Below are positions 57,484 to 64,000 of a DNA stretch of 64,000 nucleotides, one piece after another. Numbering within the stretch: the stretch's first letter is position 1; each line of letters begins with the position of its first letter. The notes beneath the pieces were generated by a model that saw nothing but the letters and a program-made list of their open reading frames with translations, did not search any database and was not told the DNA's origin. The position numbers were made by a program, and so were the translations under genes. Origin of the DNA: Polyangiales bacterium (GTDB lineage Bacteria; Myxococcota_A; Polyangia; Polyangiales; Ga0077539); assembly GCA_044229975.1 (NCBI GenBank), contig JBGARZ010000006.1, positions 448,001 to 512,000 of the forward strand, in the 5' to 3' direction.

Positions 57484-59787
57484 TCAGTACGCGAAGAGCT
57501 GGAGGGTCTTGAGCAGGTCGAGGCGCAGGCCGAGGTTGACGTCGTGCGCGAGCGCCCAATCCGCGCCCTCGCGATGGCGCGCGAAGAGGTCATACGAGAT
57601 GGTGACCGCGAGCGGCGCGAAGATCGGAACACTCAAGCGCGCGTTGAGTCGCACCAGGGTCTCGGCGGTGTCGGCCCAGGGCTCGCGCCACGCGGCCTCG
57701 GTGAAGAGCTGACCCTCGACGTCGCGGTCCTGGATGTGGAAGAGCGTCGTGGCGGGGAGCTCGGCGCGCACCACGGCGACGGGCTGCGGATGCGCCGCGG
57801 GGTCGAGCGACTCCCAGTCCATGCCGACGCCCGCGTTGAGGTTGGCGCGCAGCGGAAGCTCCAGGCGAAGGCCCGCCGTCGGGCGCCACTGGAGGTGGTG
57901 GTAGTCGCGGACGATGCCGCTGCCCGCCGCGTCGGGGCGCGTAAACTCCGATTCGAGGTAGCTCTCGATGTACGGCAGCGGCGTGTACCAGCGGCGGTTG
58001 CGCCAGAGCCCGCGCCACGCGAGGTGGTCGCGCAGGGCGATGAGGTCGGCGACCTTGAGGAGGCCGGTGTCGTCGGTTCCTTCGATGGTCTGCTGGTAGC
58101 CGAGGCGCATGCGCAGGGTGTTTTCGAAGGTGTACCGGGGCTGCTCGGCGTCGGCGTGACCCTCGGCGTCGACCTGGATGGCGGTGCCCTGCGAGCGAAT
58201 GAGCTGCGGGTCTTGATAGGCCGGGTCGGGGTTGGCCGTGATGGTGGTGTTGGCCAGGCTCGCGTCGATGAAGAAGCGAAACGTCCACCGCGTGCGCTGC
58301 GCCGGGTCGATGGGCGCGCGGGTGATGTCGCCGCCGCGGGGCGTCGCGAGCCAGCGCAGGAAGGTCTCGCGCGGACTGCCGACGGCGTCCTCCTCCCACT
58401 CGACGGCGTCGTCGTCGCCCATTCCGCCGTCGCCGCCGTTGGCCACGAAGCCCGTCGCCACCACCCGGTAGTACTGCGCGGCGTCGATGGGCCGACCGTT
58501 GACCTGCAACGCGTCCACGTCACCGCTCACGCCGCGCACCCGGAAGCGCGCGATGTTGGCCGACCGCATGAACGCCTCCAGCGCCTCGCCCTTGATGCGC
58601 CCGACGCGCAGCACGTCGTCGAAGGGCATCGCGCCGAGCACGTCGAGCCGCGACACCCGCTCCGTCAACGGGAAGGTCGGGATGGGTCGCACCGCGCCGC
58701 GGTTGATGACGGCGATCTCGGCGCGGGCGTCTTCGCGGACGACGTCGAGCAGGAGGTTGGTGAAGCCGTCGCGGTCGAGCGGTCGGGTGAGCCGCGCGCC
58801 CGGCAGCGCCTCGGTGGCGATGGTGCAGAGCTGCGCCCCGACGGCCTCGCCCAGCGCCGTCACCGCCGCGGGGACATCGCCCGTGGGCTCGACGAGCGAC
58901 GGTGTGGTGGGCGACGGGAGCTGCGTCTCGACCACGCTGCCGGGCTCGGTGGCGAAGACCCGCAGGGCTGATCCGCGCTCGATTTCCATGGTGGTGATGT
59001 CGCGGTTGAGGTCCTGCGCGAAGACCACATCGGGGCGCTGGTCGCGCGGGAGAGCGCGCACCATCCGCACCGTATCCGCCAGCGTCGCCGGCCACTCGGG
59101 GTCATAGAACGCCACCACGAAGCGCGCCCCCGCCACCCGCGCCGCGAGCACCGCGCGCCCGAGCGCCTCTTCGGGCGGAGAGAGCGTGACGCCCTCGGCG
59201 CAGTCCTGGGCGATGGCGTGCAGCGCGCCGGGTGCGATGAGCGCCACGACGCCGACGCTGCCCGACGGCGTGGGGAGCACCACCGGGTCGTCTCCGCCAT
59301 CGACGACGGCGTCGCAGAGGTCTTGCGCGGAGGCTTCGCAGCGGAGGTTGCTGAGCACGGTGCGGATGCCGCGTTCGGAGAGGGCGCGGGCGCGGGCGAT
59401 GACGTCGGCGCGCGGCGCGGAGAGGTCGCGGTGGCCGACCGCGAGGGCGCGCAGCCCGGAGGCGACGACGGCGTCGACGAGGGCCGGGAGGTGGTCGCGC
59501 GTCGCGAGGTGGGCGATGGCCGAGGCGCCGAAGAGGTCGCCGCCGTCGAGGCGAAGAACATCGTCACCGGTGGGATGCTGGAGCGAGCGGGCGAGGTCGG
59601 AGAGGGCGCCGCCGCGCTGGCCGGTGGGGACGCAGGCGAGGCGCGCCGCATCGCCCTGGAGGCCCGACGACACCACGAGACGCAACGGCGCCGCGGGAGC
59701 GGCAGGAGGCGGCGGGGTCTGCGCGAGCGCGGTGGTCACCGGGAGGAGCGAGGCGACGACGAGGGCAAGGCGAGACGCGGGGCGCAT
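57484..59787 (-). CDS. Secreted 5'-nucleotidase-like protein (degenerate metal site) fused to a putative C-terminal beta-barrel
   Basis: Signal peptide, LDGGDLFG, LSNL, 5'-NT C-domain motifs (AVINRGAVR, MPFDD, VNGRPID...YRVVATGFVANGGDG), then amphipathic strands ending LFAY. Confidence 0.8.
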   Translation of the reverse strand: MRPASRLALVVASLLPVTTALAQTPPPPAAPAAPLRLVVSSGLQGDAARLACVPTGQRGGALSDLARSLQHPTGDDVLRLDGGDLFGASAIAHLATRDHLPALVDAVVASGLRALAVGHRDLSAPRADVIARARALSERGIRTVLSNLRCEASAQDLCDAVVDGGDDPVVLPTPSGSVGVVALIAPGALHAIAQDCAEGVTLSPPEEALGRAVLAARVAGARFVVAFYDPEWPATLADTVRMVRALPRDQRPDVVFAQDLNRDITTMEIERGSALRVFATEPGSVVETQLPSPTTPSLVEPTGDVPAAVTALGEAVGAQLCTIATEALPGARLTRPLDRDGFTNLLLDVVREDARAEIAVINRGAVRPIPTFPLTERVSRLDVLGAMPFDDVLRVGRIKGEALEAFMRSANIARFRVRGVSGDVDALQVNGRPIDAAQYYRVVATGFVANGGDGGMGDDDAVEWEEDAVGSPRETFLRWLATPRGGDITRAPIDPAQRTRWTFRFFIDASLANTTITANPDPAYQDPQLIRSQGTAIQVDAEGHADAEQPRYTFENTLRMRLGYQQTIEGTDDTGLLKVADLIALRDHLAWRGLWRNRRWYTPLPYIESYLESEFTRPDAAGSGIVRDYHHLQWRPTAGLRLELPLRANLNAGVGMDWESLDPAAHPQPVAVVRAELPATTLFHIQDRDVEGQLFTEAAWREPWADTAETLVRLNARLSVPIFAPLAVTISYDLFARHREGADWALAHDVNLGLRLDLLKTLQLFAY

Positions 59788-59882
59788 GGGATGGGTGATC
59801 GCGGATAAGCGATGCGCGCGGGTGGTGGCAAGCGGGTCGGGCGAACACGGGACGCCGGAGCGCTGGTGTACCTTCCGGGGCG

Positions 59883-61823
59883 ATGAAGCTCTTCCTTCGC
59901 TCTTGCGTGGTGGTTGGGTGGTTGGCGGCGTGCAGTCCCACGGCGGTCGGTGGGTTGCCCCCCGCGCCCGACGCGGGCGTGGCCGACGTCCCTGCAACGG
60001 ACGCTGGCACGACGGACGTCGCCGCGATGGACGTTGCCGTCACGGACGTCCCAGCGATCGACGTCCCAGCGATCGACGTCCCAGCGATCGACGTCCCTGC
60101 GACCGACACCGGGACTCCCCGCGACGCCGTGACGCCGGTCGACGCCCCACGCGTCCCGTGCACCACATCGCGGACGTGCCCTGGGCAGGTGTGCTCGGCG
60201 GTTCTCGGCGTGTGCGTCGACTGCACGGTCGACGGCGACTGCCCGTCGACGCAGCGGTGCCGCGACTACGCCTGTATCGACCGCCCGCCCTCGTGCCGCA
60301 CCTCCCGCGAGTGCAGCGCGATGGGCCTCGTGTGCAACCTGACCCGCAGTGAATGCGTCGAGTGTGTCGGTGACGTCGACTGCGAGACCGGCCGCTACTG
60401 CCGAGACGACGGAACCTGCCAGGCCCGCATCTGCGACCCCGGCGCGACGCGCTGCGCCGACGTCGCTCGCCAGATCACCTGCGACACGCGCGGATCATCC
60501 GAGGCCACCACCGCGTGCCCCTCCGGGCAGACCTGCCGCGCCGGGAGCTGCCGCATCCAGGTGTGCGCGCCCGGCAGCGTGAGCTGCGACCCGACGACGA
60601 TGAACCCGCGCACCTGCGACGCCGACGGCGGCGGATACACCGCCTCGACCTGCCCCGCGATGCACTCGTGCCGCGAGGGCATTTGTACGGCGTGGACGTG
60701 CACGCCGGGCTCCGCCACCTGCGCGTCATCGGGCGCGCGGCGCACCTGCAACGCCGACGGGCTCACCACCACGACGACGGCGTGCGCGTCGGGCCAGAGC
60801 TGCAACGGCGGCGTCTGCGTGGCCCAGTCGTGCGTTCCGGGGAGCATCGTCTGCGCGGACGCCAACACCCGCTCGATCTGCAACGCCGACGGTCTCGGGT
60901 CGACGCCGTCACCGTGCTCGTCCTCGCAGCGTTGCAGCGGCGGAGTCTGTCGCGCGCTCGTGTGCACCCCAGGGACATCGACCTGCGTCGACGCGCGCAC
61001 GACCAGCACCTGCAACCCCGACGGGCTCGCCGCGACGACCGTCGCCTGCCCGAGCAGCTCCACCTGCGTCGACGGCGTGTGCAACTCCTGGGTGTGCACG
61101 CCCGGCGCCGCGATGTGCGCGAGTTCGACCTCGCGGTCGGTCTGCAACGCGGACGGACTCGGGACGACCGTCGGCGCGTGCCCTGCGCCCGCCAACGCCA
61201 GCTCGCCGAGCTGCTCCGGGGCGGGCGTCTGCGCGTTTTCGTGCAACGCGGGCTTCGACAACTGCAACGGCGTCGCCAGCGATGGCTGCGAGGCGTCGCT
61301 CGCGACGAGCGCGAACTGCGGCCGCTGCGGGACGACGTGCAGCGGGAGCTGCTCCACTGGCACCTGCGTCGCGGCGACGGGCGTGACCTACGGCCAGGCG
61401 ACGCAGCTCCCCACGTCCAACTCGTTCGGTGGCAACTACCTGCTCGGCCACCGGGTGACCGTGACGGCCGCGGGCACCATCGCGACCTTCGGGATCTTCA
61501 ACCAGTCGACGGTCGGGCGCGGCATGATGGCGCTCTACACCGACGCCTCGGGCCGACCGGGAACGCTCGTCGCGCGAACGGAAGCCTTCGCCATCACGGG
61601 CGGCCGCCAGGAGATCGCCGCGATGCCGACCGCCCCGATCGCCGCCGGCTCCTACTGGCTCATGGCCGTCTACGATCGGGACAACACCGGTTACTCCGAC
61701 CGGTCGAGCAGCAACTCGATCGCGTACATCGTGTTCACCTTCGGCACGACGCCACCGACGACCTTTCCCACGCCGATGACCTACACGAGCGGCACGTTCA
61801 ACTACTACATCCGGATGATGTGA
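59883..61823 (+). CDS. Cys-rich repeat lipoprotein with beta-sandwich C-terminal domain
   Basis: Lipobox LAA-C, DVPAI repeats, six (V/T)CxPG...CNADG units, NCNG...DGCE, and C-terminal ALYTD.SG.PGTL...GSYWL. Confidence 0.88.
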   Translation: MKLFLRSCVVVGWLAACSPTAVGGLPPAPDAGVADVPATDAGTTDVAAMDVAVTDVPAIDVPAIDVPAIDVPATDTGTPRDAVTPVDAPRVPCTTSRTCPGQVCSAVLGVCVDCTVDGDCPSTQRCRDYACIDRPPSCRTSRECSAMGLVCNLTRSECVECVGDVDCETGRYCRDDGTCQARICDPGATRCADVARQITCDTRGSSEATTACPSGQTCRAGSCRIQVCAPGSVSCDPTTMNPRTCDADGGGYTASTCPAMHSCREGICTAWTCTPGSATCASSGARRTCNADGLTTTTTACASGQSCNGGVCVAQSCVPGSIVCADANTRSICNADGLGSTPSPCSSSQRCSGGVCRALVCTPGTSTCVDARTTSTCNPDGLAATTVACPSSSTCVDGVCNSWVCTPGAAMCASSTSRSVCNADGLGTTVGACPAPANASSPSCSGAGVCAFSCNAGFDNCNGVASDGCEASLATSANCGRCGTTCSGSCSTGTCVAATGVTYGQATQLPTSNSFGGNYLLGHRVTVTAAGTIATFGIFNQSTVGRGMMALYTDASGRPGTLVARTEAFAITGGRQEIAAMPTAPIAAGSYWLMAVYDRDNTGYSDRSSSNSIAYIVFTFGTTPPTTFPTPMTYTSGTFNYYIRMM

Positions 61824-61830
61824 CGTCGCC

Positions 61831-64000
61831 GTGACCGAGCTCGCCGCCTTCCCCGACGCCCTGCGCGCGCGCTTCAACCCAGAGTTCGTCGCTGGCGTCG
61901 GCGGCATGTCCGTGGTCTTCGCCGTCGTCGAGCGATCCATCGGCGCCCGCCGTGCCATCAAGCTCCTCCACGTCGGCGCCGACCTCTCCCGCGCCCGCCG
62001 CGAGGTGATGCTGCTCACCACGCTCGCGCACCCGGGCCTCGTCGCCGTCGTCGACGCGGGCGACCTCCCCGACGGCCGCGCCTGGATCGCCATGGACTGG
62101 CTCGACGGCGAGACCCTCGCCGCCCGCCTGAAGCGCGCCCCGCTCTGCGTCGCCGACGCCGTCACCGTGGGCGAGGCCGTCGCCGCCGCGCTCGCGTACC
62201 TCCACGACATGGGCGTCGTGCACCGCGACGTGAAGCCCTCCAACGTGCTGCTCGTCGGCGGTGACCCGGCGCGCGCCACGCTGCTCGACCTCGGCATCGC
62301 CCGCGGCGGCGCCGACGTCCCCGGCCCCACCGCCACCGGCGCCCTCCTCGGAACCCCCGGCTACATGGCCCCCGAGCAGGTGCGCGACCCGCGACGCGCC
62401 GGCCCTGCCAGCGACGTGTTCTCGCTGGGGTGTTTGTTGTTCAACGCGCTCACCGGCCGCGAAGCCTTCACCGGAACCACCGCCCTCGAAATCGTCGCCC
62501 ACGCCCTCCACACGCGCGCCCCGAAGGTGCTCTCCGTCGAGCCGACGGTCCCTGCGTCGCTCGCCGCGCTGGTCGACGCCATGCTCGACGCCGAACCCTC
62601 GCAGCGCCCACGCGACGGCGCCGCAGTGGCCTCGGCGCTCGCCTCTCTCCGCGCCTCCCTCACCGGCTCCGAGGCGCGGCAGCAGCCCGCCACGGCGGTG
62701 CTCAGCTACGACGAAGCCCAGCTCACGGGCATGGAGGCCACGCTCGCGAGCACGATGATCGAACCCGTCGCCTTCGTCGCGCCGTCGACCTTCGTCGGCC
62801 GTCGCCGCGAGCTCGGGCTGCTCGACCTCGCGCACGGCGAGTGCCTCGAACGCCGTCGCCCCGCCGTCGCCCTCGTCACCGCCGCCGCGGGCATGGGCAA
62901 GTCCCGCCTCGCCGACGCATGGGTCCGCCGCCTCGACGGAGAGGCCACCGTGCTCCGCGGACGCGCCGACCCGACGGCCTTCGGTGTCATCGCCGCCGTG
63001 CTCCGCAACGCGGCCGGTGGCGACGGCCCGACCCTCTCCGACCGCTTGCGCGCCATGGCCCGCACCGACCTCGGTTCCAACGCTGATGACGATCACGTCG
63101 AGCTGCTCGCGCGCCTCGCCGGTCTCCCTTCGCAGGAGGTGTCGACGCTGGTGGCCGCCGAGCGCGACCGGTCGCTCATGGCCGCCCGGCTGCGCGCCGC
63201 GTGGCTGCGCTGGATCGACGCCCGCAGCGCCCGCGGCCCGACGGTGCTGGCGCTCGACGACCTGCACGACGCCGACCCGGGCTCCATCGAGCTCATCGCT
63301 CTCTCGACGCGTCGGGTGCGCGGATCGCTCTTCGTGCTGGGCCTGCGTCGCCCCGTCGAAGCAGGAGCCATCGACCCGCTGTCCGAGCTCGCGACGTTGC
63401 AGGTGACGCTGCCCGCGCTGTCGACGACGGAGTCCGAGCGGCTGGTGCGCACGCTGCTCGGTGACGACGCCGACGCGGCATTGGTGGACTCGTTGGTGGA
63501 GCGCGCGTCGGGTCACCCGATGGTGTTGGAGGAGCTCGCCCGCGTGTCGCGCGACGGAACCATCTCCGACGCCCCCGCGACGGTTCGCGCGCTGTTGCAT
63601 GCGAGGCTGGCGGCTCTCGACGGCGCGCAACGGCGGGCGCTGCGGGCGGCGAGCGTGTTCGGGGCGGCGTTCTGGCGGGGCGGTCTCGGGGCGCTGCTGG
63701 GCGGCGCGGACGACGCGCTCGACCGGGCGCTCGCGGGCCTCGAACGGGCCGACCTGGCAGAGCCGCGGGCGACGTCGCGCTTCGGCGAGGAGCCCGAGTG
63801 GTCGGTGCGCAGCGCGCTGCTGGGCGAGGTGGCCTACGAGACGCTGACGGCGGTCGATCGTGGTCGCGGGCACGCGCTGGCGGCGCGGTGGCTCATCGCG
63901 GCGGGCGAGTGGGACGCGCGCTCGGTGGCGACACACCTGCTGCGCGGCGGGCTGACGAGCGAGGCCGCGCCGTGGCTGGCGGCGGCGGCGCAGCGGTGCC
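61831..64000 (+). CDS. Hanks-type Ser/Thr protein kinase fused to an AAA_16/STAND-like ATPase (3' end outside the window, absent from the ORF track)
   Basis: Read directly in frame +1 from GTG 61831 with no stop seen. GVGGMSVVF, AIK, HRDVKPSN, DLGIAR, GTPGYMAPE, DVFSLG, then FVGRRREL, AAAGMGKS and LDDLHDAD. Confidence 0.92.
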   Translation, partial: MTELAAFPDALRARFNPEFVAGVGGMSVVFAVVERSIGARRAIKLLHVGADLSRARREVMLLTTLAHPGLVAVVDAGDLPDGRAWIAMDWLDGETLAARLKRAPLCVADAVTVGEAVAAALAYLHDMGVVHRDVKPSNVLLVGGDPARATLLDLGIARGGADVPGPTATGALLGTPGYMAPEQVRDPRRAGPASDVFSLGCLLFNALTGREAFTGTTALEIVAHALHTRAPKVLSVEPTVPASLAALVDAMLDAEPSQRPRDGAAVASALASLRASLTGSEARQQPATAVLSYDEAQLTGMEATLASTMIEPVAFVAPSTFVGRRRELGLLDLAHGECLERRRPAVALVTAAAGMGKSRLADAWVRRLDGEATVLRGRADPTAFGVIAAVLRNAAGGDGPTLSDRLRAMARTDLGSNADDDHVELLARLAGLPSQEVSTLVAAERDRSLMAARLRAAWLRWIDARSARGPTVLALDDLHDADPGSIELIALSTRRVRGSLFVLGLRRPVEAGAIDPLSELATLQVTLPALSTTESERLVRTLLGDDADAALVDSLVERASGHPMVLEELARVSRDGTISDAPATVRALLHARLAALDGAQRRALRAASVFGAAFWRGGLGALLGGADDALDRALAGLERADLAEPRATSRFGEEPEWSVRSALLGEVAYETLTAVDRGRGHALAARWLIAAGEWDARSVATHLLRGGLTSEAAPWLAAAAQRC

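Noticed and set aside
61798..63936. 712-aa minus-strand ORF
   Set aside because: Antisense to the motif-complete kinase-ATPase read in frame +1.
1..64000. tRNA, rRNA, prophage or integron
   Set aside because: No T-arm or rRNA signatures, phage structural genes, integrase or attC-like arrays were recognised by eye. A covariance-model scan was not possible.

Overview
A very GC-rich, gene-dense chromosomal window. The gene content (many Cys-rich lipoproteins with Asp-Val-Pro tethers, a Ser/Thr kinase-ATPase fusion, a long-N-terminus HflX) points by inference to a Myxococcota (Polyangia-like) bacterium. I can support about 44 CDS. Recognisable housekeeping or enzyme genes are hflX, HrpB-like and SUV3-like helicases, an RlhA-like U32 protein with a divergent chorismate mutase, an AstD-like dehydrogenase, a CFA-synthase-like methyltransferase, a phytoene-desaturase-family oxidoreductase and two GT-C glycosyltransferases. 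There is one intact-looking single-ORF IS66 (GTAA ends, 8-bp target duplication) inserted at the apex of a 107-bp inverted repeat, a second REPIN-like inverted repeat, and an unexplained pyrimidine-rich intergenic tract ending in a terminator. No rRNA, tRNA or CRISPR array was seen. Best leads: a nuclease-like/STAND-NTPase giant protein and an ABC-ATPase + TOPRIM-like pair (both candidate defence systems); Rpn-like toxin/intragenic antitoxin logic plus an orphan antitoxin-like ORF; a chorismate mutase head-to-head with a prephenate-dependent rRNA hydroxylase homologue; an ATC start codon for hflX; three apparent pseudo-enzymes; and a candidate sRNA. All family calls come from motifs read by eye, not from database searches.
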